From positions 4,347-68,346 of the forward strand of contig JBFWKI010000014.1 of assembly GCA_050252755.1 (NCBI GenBank): a stretch of 64,000 bases of DNA. Reading direction: 5' to 3'. The translations under genes were made by a program, and so were the position numbers. The stretch is from Sphingobium sp. Lineage in GTDB: Bacteria > Pseudomonadota > Alphaproteobacteria > Sphingomonadales > Sphingomonadaceae. Below, in pieces: positions 30,152 through 39,067 of the stretch; the first letter of the stretch is position 1, and every line of letters begins with the position of its first letter. The notes beneath the pieces were generated by a model. The model was given only the letters and a program-made list of their open reading frames with translations, searched no databases and was not told where the DNA came from.

Positions 30152-31654
30152 TCAGGCCTCCTTTGCCGGAAGGGCCGCCGGACGCCCCTGCAACAGAACG
30201 GTCTTGGTTTCGAGATAGGGTTTCAACCCCTCGACCCCGCCTTCGCGGCCGACGCCCGATTGCTTGAAACCGCCAAAGGCGATGGTGAAATCAAGCCGCA
30301 GGCCGTTATGCCCCACCGTACCCGACCGCAAATCCCGCGCAACCCGATAGGCGCGATCGGCATCATGGGTGAACACGGCATTGTTGAGGCCAAAGACCGA
30401 GTCATTGGCGATGCGCACCGCATCGGCTTCATCCGCCGCCGGAATGACGACCAGCACCGGGCCGAAAATCTCTTCTCTCGCAATGGCCGATGCAGGGTCC
30501 ACATCCCCGAACACCGTCGGTTCGATATAAAAGCCGCGATTAAGCCCGGCAGGCCGCCCCCCGCCCGTGCCCAGCCGCGCGCCCGCCGCCCTCGCCCCGG
30601 CAATATAGCCTTCGACGCGGTCGCGATGACGGGCGCTGGCGAGCGGCCCCATGCGCGTCGCCGGATCGAACGGATCGCCCACCCGGACCTTACCGAGCGT
30701 CGCGCTCAGGGCCTCAACCATCGCATCATGCCGGTGCCGAGGCACGATCACGCGGGTCAGCGCCGCGCAGACCTGCCCGGTCATGTCCGGCGTGCGCTTG
30801 CCCAGCGTGGCGGCGGCGGCTTCCACATCATAATCATCAAGAATGATCGCCGCCGACTTGCCGCCCAGTTCCATCGTGTAGCGCGCCATCCGCCCGCCAA
30901 GGATCGAGGCGATGCGCGACCCGGCCGCGCTCGACCCGGTGAAGCTGATCTTGTCCACCCGCTCGTCCCGCACCATAGCCTCGCCCGCGTCGCGATCCGC
31001 GGTGAAAATATTGAGCACGCCCGGCGGCAGGCCGATGGCTTCCGCGACCTCGGCCAGCAACAGCGCATGGCCCGGCGCTTCGGGCGAGGCCTTCAGGACA
31101 AGGGTGCACCCGGCGGCGAGCGCGGGCGCGACCTTGAGGGCCGTCAGCATCGCCGGGGCGTTCCACGGAATGATCGCGCCGACCACGCCGACCGGCTCCC
31201 GCACCAGCAGGCCGGTGCTGGCATTGGCGGTGGTCCGGTGTTCCTCGATGAACGGGAACCGCTCGATGATGTCGGCATAGCTGCGATAGGTGAAGGAAAT
31301 GCCCTTCGACATGGCCTGCGCCATGGTGAACACTATACCCATTTCATTGGGCCAGACATGCGCGAAATCCTCTGCGCGGGCGTCGATGCCGTCCGCCAGC
31401 TTGCGCAGCCATGCGGCGCGTTCCGCCGGGGTCAGGCGCGGCCATGGCCCGGTGTCGAAAGCCTCGCGCGCGGCGGAGACGGCGCGGGCGACATCGGCCT
31501 CTTCGGCCTGCGCCACGGTCACATAGACGTCTTCGGTCGCCGGGTTGATCACGTCGATGGTGGCGGCGCCCGCAGGCGCGACCCACTGGCCGCCGATGAA
31601 GAATTTATCGGGATGCGTCAGCGGGGCGGCATGGGGATGGGTGTCTGTCGTCAT
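30152..31654 (-). CDS. NAD(P)-dependent aldehyde dehydrogenase (paralog of 17680-19176)
   Basis: FTGSSAAG, ELGGKSA and GQVCAA motifs. 3 nt upstream of the GMC gene. Confidence 0.95.
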   Translation of the reverse strand: MTTDTHPHAAPLTHPDKFFIGGQWVAPAGAATIDVINPATEDVYVTVAQAEEADVARAVSAAREAFDTGPWPRLTPAERAAWLRKLADGIDARAEDFAHVWPNEMGIVFTMAQAMSKGISFTYRSYADIIERFPFIEEHRTTANASTGLLVREPVGVVGAIIPWNAPAMLTALKVAPALAAGCTLVLKASPEAPGHALLLAEVAEAIGLPPGVLNIFTADRDAGEAMVRDERVDKISFTGSSAAGSRIASILGGRMARYTMELGGKSAAIILDDYDVEAAAATLGKRTPDMTGQVCAALTRVIVPRHRHDAMVEALSATLGKVRVGDPFDPATRMGPLASARHRDRVEGYIAGARAAGARLGTGGGRPAGLNRGFYIEPTVFGDVDPASAIAREEIFGPVLVVIPAADEADAVRIANDSVFGLNNAVFTHDADRAYRVARDLRSGTVGHNGLRLDFTIAFGGFKQSGVGREGGVEGLKPYLETKTVLLQGRPAALPAKEA

Positions 31655-31663
31655 GGCATCTCT

Positions 31664-32419
31664 CTACTCGAAGGAGGTCTTTTCAGCATCGCGCTTTTCG
31701 GTATCGAAGCGGGCAAGCAATCGCCCCTCGATGGCGGACGCGGGATTGGCGTCGTCGGTTGCGCACAACATCTGTTCGTGCAGGCGAAAGGACAAGGGCT
31801 GTTCGCGCGCCCGATCCGCCATGGCGCGGGCGAGTTCCGCAGCGCGATCGAGCAGCCGGCCGGCGGGCACGATCTCATTGACCAGCCCCCAGCTGAGCGC
31901 GGTATCGGCATCCACGAAATCGCCCGTCAGCATCATTTGCCGCGCGCGACGGACTCCGATCGCCCCGGTCAGCAGCGCTCCCCCGCCCCAGCGAGGGAAC
32001 AACCCGACCTTGCAATGGGTATCGGCAAAGCGGGCGGCGGGCGTGGCGATCGCAAAGGTGCAGGAAAGCGCCATTTCGAGCGCGCCCGTCACGCAGGGGC
32101 CATCAATCGCGGCAATGATGGGCTTGGCAAGGCGGCGCAGGGCCACGCCGGGATTCGGCTCGACCGGCGGAGCGCCGGGCACCCGGTCCTTGAGGTCCAC
32201 GCCGCTGCTGAAAATACCGGCGGCCCCGGTCAGCACCAGCGCGGCAATGGCGGGATCGGCATCGGCGGCGGCAAGGATCGCGGAGAAATCGGCGCGCATT
32301 GCGCGGGTCATCGCATTGCGCGCCGCCGGGCGGTTGAGAATGACGAAGCGCACGCCGTCCCCATCCGCAACGGCGATCGGCGCCTGCGACCCGGCGAGAA
32401 GGCTGGCGGCATCAACCAT
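31664..32419 (-). CDS. enoyl-CoA hydratase/isomerase family protein
   Basis: Start set at ATG 32419 (MVDAASLLAG...), overlapping the upstream stop by 8 nt. Crotonase motifs LTGAAGIFSSGVDL and DGPCVTGALEMALSC. Confidence 0.85.
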   Translation of the reverse strand: MVDAASLLAGSQAPIAVADGDGVRFVILNRPAARNAMTRAMRADFSAILAAADADPAIAALVLTGAAGIFSSGVDLKDRVPGAPPVEPNPGVALRRLAKPIIAAIDGPCVTGALEMALSCTFAIATPAARFADTHCKVGLFPRWGGGALLTGAIGVRRARQMMLTGDFVDADTALSWGLVNEIVPAGRLLDRAAELARAMADRAREQPLSFRLHEQMLCATDDANPASAIEGRLLARFDTEKRDAEKTSFE

Positions 32420-33413
32420 GGCCACGCGCCATTCCCGGCGCCCCGTCCGACATATCGATATCGGCCCGGTCGGGCATGGCGCAGGCGGCGGCATAATCGA
32501 TCCGCAGCCGCTCCACCAACGTCGCCACATCGGGAATATCGTCGATCAGGTCGATGCCCTGCCCCGCGCTCCACAGGTCGCGCCATGGCCGAACACCATC
32601 GGGCAGATGCGCATGGCCCGGGGCGGCGGGCGGAAGCGCATCCGCATCCAGCCCATGCAGCGCCAGCGAGGGCTTCAGCCAGTTGGCAGGCACGCCGGTG
32701 ACGCGGGGCGTATAGGCAAGGTCGCTCGACGTGCCGTCCACCAGCATCGCCTTATAGGCATCGGGCGCGCGGGATTCGCGGGTCGCGATGAAGCGCGTGC
32801 CCAGATAGACGAGGTCCGCGCCCAGCACTTGCGCGGCGCGAATGGCCGCGCCATTGGACACGCTGCCTGCAAAGACGATGGTGCCGTCCCACATGGCGCG
32901 AACCTTCGGCACGAAGGACAGCGCATTCAGCGGCCCCGAATGGCCGCCGCCTCCGCTGCCGATGCAGATCAGCCCGTCCACCCCCGCCGCAATGGCCTTT
33001 TCCGCAAAGCGCAGGCTGGTGACATCGTGAAAGACGGTGCCGCCCCGATCATGGATCGCCTTGGCCATGTCGGTCGGGTCGCCCAGCGCGGTGATGAAAT
33101 GCCGCACGCCATGGGCGATGCAAAGGTCCAGATCGGGCAGTATCTCGGCAAGCGGGCGCTTTGCGGTGATGTTCACCGCCAGCGGCCCGATCCGCGCATC
33201 GGGATCGGCCTCACGCGCGGCATCCAGTTCCACGCGGATCACGCCCAGCCAGCTCGCGAATTCCTCGCCGGAACGAGCATTATGGCGCGGCAGGCCCGCC
33301 ATGATCCCGGCCTTGCAGGCGGCGGCCACCAGTTCCGGCCCGGAAACGATCATCATCGGCGCGCAGATCGCGGGCAACCGCAACGAGGATCGGATATCGG
33401 GATCGAGGCTCAT
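32412..33413 (-). CDS. NMO-family (nitronate monooxygenase-like) flavin oxidoreductase
   Basis: Start at ATG 33413 (MSLDPDIRSSLRLPAICAPMMIVSGPELVAAACKAGIMAG) with GGAGGG 5 nt upstream. ...GIGSGGGGHSG... is a typical NMO segment. Confidence 0.85.
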   Translation of the reverse strand: MSLDPDIRSSLRLPAICAPMMIVSGPELVAAACKAGIMAGLPRHNARSGEEFASWLGVIRVELDAAREADPDARIGPLAVNITAKRPLAEILPDLDLCIAHGVRHFITALGDPTDMAKAIHDRGGTVFHDVTSLRFAEKAIAAGVDGLICIGSGGGGHSGPLNALSFVPKVRAMWDGTIVFAGSVSNGAAIRAAQVLGADLVYLGTRFIATRESRAPDAYKAMLVDGTSSDLAYTPRVTGVPANWLKPSLALHGLDADALPPAAPGHAHLPDGVRPWRDLWSAGQGIDLIDDIPDVATLVERLRIDYAAACAMPDRADIDMSDGAPGMARGHG

Positions 33414-33432
33414 GCGCCCTCCGGTCAATATA

Positions 33433-33466
33433 GTGCGTTAATCGCCCTACTGTTCACATATCGGAC
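33433..33466 (+). promoter_or_regulatory. tandem PcaR/IclR-like boxes in divergent NMO / fadB-like promoter region
   Basis: GTGCGTTAATCGCCC (33433) and GTTCACATATCGGAC (33452), offset 19 bp. The reverse complement of 33432-33448 matches 14221-14237 at 16 of 17 positions. Confidence 0.6.
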
Positions 33467-33528
33467 TTTTGCCTTGTCCTGCCCCCGGTCGTCAAGTAGG
33501 CAGGCATATAAATGAAGGGAGAGCGCCA

Positions 33529-35073
33529 ATGACCACGCCCACTGACATTTCCAGCTACCGGGTCGATGCCGGAATCGCGGTCCTGCGGATCGATTCGCCG
33601 CCGGTGAATGCGCTCAGCCACAAGGTCCGCATCGCCCTGCGCGACGGCGTGACCCGCGCGCTGGACGATCCCGCCGCGCAAGCGCTCGTCCTCGTCTGCG
33701 GCGGCCGGACCTTCTTCGCCGGGGCGGACGTGACCGAACTCGGCAAGCCCATAGAGCCGCCTTTGCTGGGCGACGTGATGGCGACCTTCGAAAGTTCATC
33801 CAAGCCCATCGTTTCGGCCATGCACGGCACGGCGCTGGGCGGCGGGCTGGAACTGGCGCTGGCGGGCCATTACCGGGTCGCGGTCCCCTCGGCGGTCGTC
33901 GGCCTGCCCGAAGTCGCGCTGGGCCTGCTGCCCGGTGCTGGCGGGACGCAGCGCGTGCCTCGCCTGATCGGCGTCGCCGCCGCCGTTGAGATGATCGGCC
34001 TCGGCAAGCCGGTGAAGGCGGACAAGGCGCTGGACACGGGCCTGATCGACGCCATCGTGCCGGAGGGAGAACTGGAAGCGGGCGCGATCGCCTTTGCCCG
34101 CAAGCTGATCGCGACCGGCGCGCCGCTGCGCCGCCTGCGCGATCTGGCGCCGGATATGAGCCTTGACGAGGCGCGCCCCATCTTCGATCGTTTCCGGGCG
34201 GACAACCCCGATCTTTTCATCGGCCTCAAGGCAGCGGACGGCGTGTTGCGCGCCATAGAGGCGGCCATCGCGCTGCCCTTCGATCAGGGCATGGCGCGGG
34301 AGCGGGAGATTGCCCGCGCCCTGACCGCCGGGCCGGAATCGGCGGCGCAGCGGCATCTCTTCTTCGCTGAACGCGCCGCCGCCAAGCTGCCCGGCGCGGA
34401 GAAGGAAAAAGCCGCCGAGGGCAGCGTCGCCATCATCACCGATACAGGCGATCGCGCTGCCTATGGCGAAGCGCTTTCCCGCGCCGAGGCCGATGCCGAT
34501 ATCATCATCGCCACCCGCTTCCTTGACGATCTGGACAGCCTCGCCGCCCCGCTCACGCGGCCCGAAGCGCTGGTCGGCCTGCGGGAGGCGGAGGGCGTCG
34601 CGGAAATCATCGTCGGCGCCCGCACATCGCCCGCCGTCGCGCTGCGGGCGATGGCCATGGCCCGCAAGGACGGCAAGGCCGCGATTTTCGTCACGCCCGC
34701 GCCCGGCGGCGTGATCGGACGTTTGGCCAACCGGCTTGACGCGGCGATCGCGGACCTGATCGCCAGCGGAACCGACCCCCGCGATATCGCCGCGACCGGG
34801 CGTTCCTTCGGCTTTCGCGCGTCGCTACTGCCCGATGGCGGGCGCGCGGATGGCGATGAAGGCGCCCCGAACCCGCTGATCGAGCGGCAACTGGTCTATC
34901 CTCTTCTTGCCGAGGCGCTGGCCCTGCGGGAAGAAGAGGTGGTGAAGCGCGGATCGGACATCGATTTCGCCATGGTGCGCGCCGGGCGCTGGCCGATCTG
35001 GCAGGGCGGGCCGTCTTTCATGGCCGAGCGGGTCGGCGTGGACGCGGTCCGCGCTGAAACCGCGCCCGCCTGA
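33529..35073 (+). CDS. FadB-like protein: intact enoyl-CoA hydratase domain fused to a shortened, apparently degenerate 3-hydroxyacyl-CoA dehydrogenase region
   Basis: ATG is preceded by GAAGGGAGAG. Crotonase motifs CGGRTFFAGADV and GTALGGGLELALAGHYRVA. The C-terminal ...IERQLVYPLLAEALALREEEVVKRGSDIDFAMV resembles the 3HCDH C-domain. Where GxGxxG is expected the sequence reads IITDTGDRAAYG. Confidence 0.85.
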   Translation: MTTPTDISSYRVDAGIAVLRIDSPPVNALSHKVRIALRDGVTRALDDPAAQALVLVCGGRTFFAGADVTELGKPIEPPLLGDVMATFESSSKPIVSAMHGTALGGGLELALAGHYRVAVPSAVVGLPEVALGLLPGAGGTQRVPRLIGVAAAVEMIGLGKPVKADKALDTGLIDAIVPEGELEAGAIAFARKLIATGAPLRRLRDLAPDMSLDEARPIFDRFRADNPDLFIGLKAADGVLRAIEAAIALPFDQGMAREREIARALTAGPESAAQRHLFFAERAAAKLPGAEKEKAAEGSVAIITDTGDRAAYGEALSRAEADADIIIATRFLDDLDSLAAPLTRPEALVGLREAEGVAEIIVGARTSPAVALRAMAMARKDGKAAIFVTPAPGGVIGRLANRLDAAIADLIASGTDPRDIAATGRSFGFRASLLPDGGRADGDEGAPNPLIERQLVYPLLAEALALREEEVVKRGSDIDFAMVRAGRWPIWQGGPSFMAERVGVDAVRAETAPA

Positions 35074-35075
35074 GC

Positions 35076-35639
35076 GTGCGGCTCGGCATCGTCTCCGACA
35101 TTCATGGCCAGTGGCGCGCGCTGGAAGCCGCGATCGCGGCGATGGGGACGATCGACCATCTGGTCTGTCTGGGGGACAGCATTCAACAGGCCGCCTTCTC
35201 CAACGAGACAACCGCGCTGTTGCGCCGGAACGAGGCGCTGACCATCCTCGGCAATCATGAGGAAGCCTTTTTCGCCGGCCCCGGCCGCAACGCCCCCGGC
35301 GTAGACCCGGACCTCGCCGGATGGCTGGCCGCCCGCCCGGCGCGCATCGCCTGCGAGATGGCGGGACGCCGCGTACTGATCGTGCATTCGACGCCATGGC
35401 CCTCCAGCCATGCCTATGTGCCGCCGGGCCACCGCGATTTCGGCCGTTTCGACGAGGCGGACGCGGATATCCTGCTTTACGGGCACACGCATATGCCCGT
35501 GGTGCGGCAGCTTGGATCGACGCTGGTGGTCAATCCCGGCTCCACCGGCGAGGGACGGCCGACGAGCAACGGCTTTGTGCGCAGTTGCGCGGTGCTGGAC
35601 CTTGCGACCGCCGAGGCCAGGATCATCGATCTGGATTGA
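35076..35639 (+). CDS. metallophosphoesterase (YfcE-like)
   Basis: GTG start. Motifs SDIHG, LGD, GNHE and YGHTHMP. Confidence 0.8.
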   Translation: MRLGIVSDIHGQWRALEAAIAAMGTIDHLVCLGDSIQQAAFSNETTALLRRNEALTILGNHEEAFFAGPGRNAPGVDPDLAGWLAARPARIACEMAGRRVLIVHSTPWPSSHAYVPPGHRDFGRFDEADADILLYGHTHMPVVRQLGSTLVVNPGSTGEGRPTSNGFVRSCAVLDLATAEARIIDLD

Positions 35640-35674
35640 AAACGCGCCCGGCCCGGCAGGGACCGGGGCATTTG

Positions 35675-37192
35675 CTATCGTATCTTTTCGAGGAAAGACG
35701 CGGCCTCGCGATATTTCTCGCGCAACAACACCTTGTTGATCTTGGTCGAGGGCAGGCGCGGCAGCGGTTCGGGTTCCAGCGCGATATAGCGCGGCACCTT
35801 GTAACTCGCCAACGCGGTGCGGCAATGGGCGACGATATCCTGCGGGTCGAGCCGATCCGGATCGCCATGAATGATGGCGAGCGGCGTTTCCCCGAAATCG
35901 GCGTCCTGCGCGGCGATCACCACGACCTCATCGACGCCCTCCATTTCGGCAATCGCCCCTTCCACCTCCATCGCGGAAATGTTGAGGCCGCCCGAAATGA
36001 TGATGTCCTTGATCCGGTCGATGAAGGTCAGATTGCCGTCCTCATCCATCACGCCGCGATCGCCGGTGTGCAGCCATCCATCCTGATAGGCCTTGGCTGT
36101 CTGTTCCGGGTCGTTCCAATATCCCACGGTGAGGCCCGCGCTGCGCACCAATATCTCGCCCGGTTCGCCCGGCGGCGCGATGGTCCCGTCCGGCAGCATG
36201 ATCCGGTAATCGCTGAACATCGCGCCCGGGCCGCATGTGTCGGGCTGGGTGAGCGCGGTGCGATCACGCGCCGCCCATGCGCCGCCTGCCTCGGTGCAGC
36301 CATAGGCCTGCCGCAGCACCAGCCCCTTTTCCCGATAGCGTTCCAGCAGGGACGGGTTGACCCGCGCCCCGCTGATTTGCGCGAACTTGATGGAGGACAG
36401 ATCGGCCTGCTCGAATTCCGGCAGGGCGGCGATCCGTTCCCAGAAGATCACCGAAGCCAGAAATGTGGTGATATGCTTTTCCTGCAACAGGCGAAGGGCG
36501 ATTTCGGGCGTGAACCTGTTCTGCGCATGGATGGTCGCGCCGACCGACAAAAATTGCATCAGCAGCAAGGTGCCGGACGACGAGCTGTAAGGCCCGGCGG
36601 CAAGGATGCTGCCGCCATTGCCGGTCGCTGGCTCCATCAGGGCGAACTCGGCCGAATAGGCCATGGTCGATCCATGGGTATAGACGACGCCCTTGGGAAA
36701 GCCCGTCGAACCGCTGGTCCCGATGATGAACAGCGGGTCATCGGGATTCGGCTCATAGGGCGCCGCCGCCGGTTCGGGCGCATCGCGCAGCGCGCGGATG
36801 ATATCGAGCGAACGCAGCTTGTGCCGATCCTGCGCGCCCAGCGCCTCCCCCGCGCAATCCTTGCGTTCGGCATCGCTGAACAGCAGCGCGGGCGCGAGGA
36901 GATCGAGCGAGCGGCGCAATTCGCGCGCGCTGGCGCGGAAGGTCAGCGGCGCATTGATCCCGCCCGCATACATGATCCCGACGATCAGCACCGCATAGTC
37001 GAGCGAATTGGCGGCGATGGTGGAGACACGATCGCCCGGCCTGACGCCCTGCTCTACCAGCCATGCGCCCACGCGGGCGGCCCATGCGTTCAGTTCCGCA
37101 TAGGTGAGCGGCTCCCCTTCATAATCCAGCGCAACGCGGTCGGGCCTGTCCCAGGCCCACCATCTGATCGCGCGGCTAACCGTGAATGCCAT
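35675..37192 (-). CDS. acyl-CoA synthetase (AMP-forming, ANL superfamily)
   Basis: AMP-binding motif IIGTSGSTGFPKGVVYTH, ...YGCTEAG..., ...TGDRGVMDEDGNLTFIDRIKD..., and a C-terminal ...PSTKINK. Confidence 0.9.
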   Translation of the reverse strand: MAFTVSRAIRWWAWDRPDRVALDYEGEPLTYAELNAWAARVGAWLVEQGVRPGDRVSTIAANSLDYAVLIVGIMYAGGINAPLTFRASARELRRSLDLLAPALLFSDAERKDCAGEALGAQDRHKLRSLDIIRALRDAPEPAAAPYEPNPDDPLFIIGTSGSTGFPKGVVYTHGSTMAYSAEFALMEPATGNGGSILAAGPYSSSSGTLLLMQFLSVGATIHAQNRFTPEIALRLLQEKHITTFLASVIFWERIAALPEFEQADLSSIKFAQISGARVNPSLLERYREKGLVLRQAYGCTEAGGAWAARDRTALTQPDTCGPGAMFSDYRIMLPDGTIAPPGEPGEILVRSAGLTVGYWNDPEQTAKAYQDGWLHTGDRGVMDEDGNLTFIDRIKDIIISGGLNISAMEVEGAIAEMEGVDEVVVIAAQDADFGETPLAIIHGDPDRLDPQDIVAHCRTALASYKVPRYIALEPEPLPRLPSTKINKVLLREKYREAASFLEKIR

Positions 37193-37219
37193 ATATGTCG
37201 CTTCCTTGGGATAGGGTGG

Positions 37220-38386
37220 TCAGAGTGTTTCGGCGCTGCCCAGCAGGGCGGTGCTGCCCATCAGGTCGCCGGGTCCGCCGGTGACGAGCGAGAGCTTCGC
37301 CCCTGGCACCTGATTGACCGATGCGCCGCGAATCTGCCGCACCGCCTCCGGGATCAGGCCCATGCCGTGAATGAAGCCTTCGCCCAGATCGCCGCCCGAC
37401 GTGTTGATCGGCAATGTGCCGGAAGGGGCGATCAAATTCTCGAAGGTGCAGAATTCACCCGCCTCTTCCGCGGTGAAGAAACCATGGTCGATCATCGCGC
37501 CGATGCCCATGGAGGTCATGTTCATATAGATTTGCGCCACATCGACATCTTTGGGGCCATAGCCCGATTCGCGCCACAGCCGTTCGGCCAGTTCGGCCTG
37601 ACCCGCCGTCGCATAATAGGGCTTCCAGTTTTCTTCCAGCGCGCCGCCGCCCTCCATGGTTCCCATCGGCGCGGACAGGATATAGGCGGGCGTCTGCTTC
37701 AGATCCTTCGCGCGCTCCGCCGAAACGACAAGTATGCAGGCCGCGCCGTCATTTTCGCGGGAACAGTCAAACAGCCTGTAAGGCTCCGAGATCATGCGCG
37801 CATTGGCATAGACCTCCTCGTTCATCTCCACATTGCGGCCATAGGCGTGGGGATTGTTCTTCGCATGATGATAGCTTGCCTGCACCGCCGCATAGAGGGC
37901 CGATTGGGGCACGCCGTGATATTCCATCAGCCGTTGCGCGCGCAGCGCGAGAATCTGGGCGGGAGAATCCAGCCCGTTCACCAGATATTGCGAGGACGTG
38001 TCGTTCTGCGCGACCACGACGCGCAACCGCTGGCTGTTGCTTTCGGCCATGGACCGATACACCGCGACGACATCGGCCTGACCGGACATCACCGCCATGG
38101 CTGCGACGTTCAGGGTCGCGGGCAATGCGCCGCCATGGAACCACACCAGCGAGGCGAACCGGCACGAGCGCGTGCCGAGCGCGGGCATCAGCTTGGCGGG
38201 GTCGCTGCGTTCGGAGGCATAAGAGACGAAACCGTCAATGTCGCGAACGTCGATCCCGGCATCCTCGGCGGCCTGCGTAATGGCCCGGATCGCGAGTTTC
38301 AGTTCCGGTTCGGGCGAGGTTCCGCGCTTGTAATAGGGGGTTTGCCCGATCCCGACGATTGCCGCCGCGCCACGCATCTTGCTCAC
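37220..38386 (-). CDS. SCPx/Ltp-type thiolase-like protein (lipid-transfer protein family)
   Basis: MSKMRGAAAIVGIGQTPYYKRG..., ...FDCSRENDGAACILV..., ...INTSGGDLGEGFIHGMG. Thiolase fold of the SCP2-thiolase subgroup. Confidence 0.9.
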   Translation of the reverse strand: MSKMRGAAAIVGIGQTPYYKRGTSPEPELKLAIRAITQAAEDAGIDVRDIDGFVSYASERSDPAKLMPALGTRSCRFASLVWFHGGALPATLNVAAMAVMSGQADVVAVYRSMAESNSQRLRVVVAQNDTSSQYLVNGLDSPAQILALRAQRLMEYHGVPQSALYAAVQASYHHAKNNPHAYGRNVEMNEEVYANARMISEPYRLFDCSRENDGAACILVVSAERAKDLKQTPAYILSAPMGTMEGGGALEENWKPYYATAGQAELAERLWRESGYGPKDVDVAQIYMNMTSMGIGAMIDHGFFTAEEAGEFCTFENLIAPSGTLPINTSGGDLGEGFIHGMGLIPEAVRQIRGASVNQVPGAKLSLVTGGPGDLMGSTALLGSAETL

Positions 38387-38407
38387 TTGCCCGCACTCCT
38401 TTGCTTA

Positions 38408-38443
38408 TGTCCGGCTTGCTTGTGCCCGGCTTGCTTGTGTCCA
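38408..38443. repeat. about 2.4 tandem copies of a 15-bp unit in the thiolase-like/DUF35 intergenic spacer
   Basis: TGTCCGGCTTGCTTG (38408-38422), TGCCCGGCTTGCTTG (38423-37), then TGTCCA. Confidence 0.7.
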
Positions 38444-38489
38444 GCCCCGGCTCCGGCTGTTTCTGGCCCGATGATTCCTGCCGCGCGCA

Positions 38490-38924
38490 TCAAAGATCCA
38501 GTTCCCAGACAAGCGACGGATAATTTTTCGTTTTCGCGCTGGGGGGAAGAATCCTGCCCCGAACGGGCGCGCCGATCTTCAGCCCAGCCTCATCGCCTTG
38601 CAGAACGCCCATGACGCGGACATTGTCCGCCTCTGGAATCTCTACGACAAGGGTGACATAGGGCACGTCATCCTTGCGTTCGAGCACCCGGTCGAACGCA
38701 TAGCGCGTACGGGTATGCGTGAAAATCCTGCCCTTCGGTTCCAGCGCCACCCATTCGAAATCCCACGAACCGCACCGGCCGCAGCGGAAATGCGCCGGCC
38801 ATGTCCAGCCCTTGCACCCCGAACAGCGCGGAAGCTGAAACCTGCCGTCCTCCAGACCGCGCCAATATTCATCGTCTGCCTCAATGGCGCCGGTGATCTT
38901 ATGCTGCTCGAAGCTATAGGCCAT
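38490..38924 (-). CDS. DUF35 OB-fold/zinc-ribbon protein (partner of SCPx-type thiolases)
   Basis: Start at ATG 38924 (MAYSFEQHK...) preceded by GAAGGAAAG. Zinc ribbon CSGCKGWTWPAHFRCGRCGS followed by an OB-fold-like segment. Confidence 0.85.
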   Translation of the reverse strand: MAYSFEQHKITGAIEADDEYWRGLEDGRFQLPRCSGCKGWTWPAHFRCGRCGSWDFEWVALEPKGRIFTHTRTRYAFDRVLERKDDVPYVTLVVEIPEADNVRVMGVLQGDEAGLKIGAPVRGRILPPSAKTKNYPSLVWELDL

Positions 38925-38968
38925 GGGCTTTCCTTCGCGAAATTCATCTGACAAACAGTCGCACCATT

Positions 38969-39002
38969 GTGCGAATATGTAACATACGTTCGATCTACGA
39001 TA
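38969..39002 (+). promoter_or_regulatory. tandem PcaR/IclR-like boxes
   Basis: GTGCGAATATGTAAC (38969) and GTTCGATCTACGATA (38988), offset 19 bp, 45 bp upstream of the DUF35 start on the opposite strand. Confidence 0.45.
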
Positions 39003-39067
39003 TTGAACCGAATTTGACAATCCCGATTTATGCGCGCGCGTCCAGCCTTGACAGAGGCGGTGAGGAA

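Noticed and set aside
29084-32701. 1205-aa ORF on the + strand
   Set aside because: It runs antisense to four well-supported minus-strand genes (GMC oxidoreductase, ALDH, crotonase, NMO). Its translation is Arg/Gly/His/Pro-rich low-complexity sequence with no recognisable motif. This is a typical shadow ORF of high-GC DNA.
35321-38614. 1097-aa ORF on the + strand
   Set aside because: It is antisense to the acyl-CoA synthetase and SCPx-thiolase genes, has the same Arg/Gly-rich junk composition, and overlaps the well-supported metallophosphoesterase frame.
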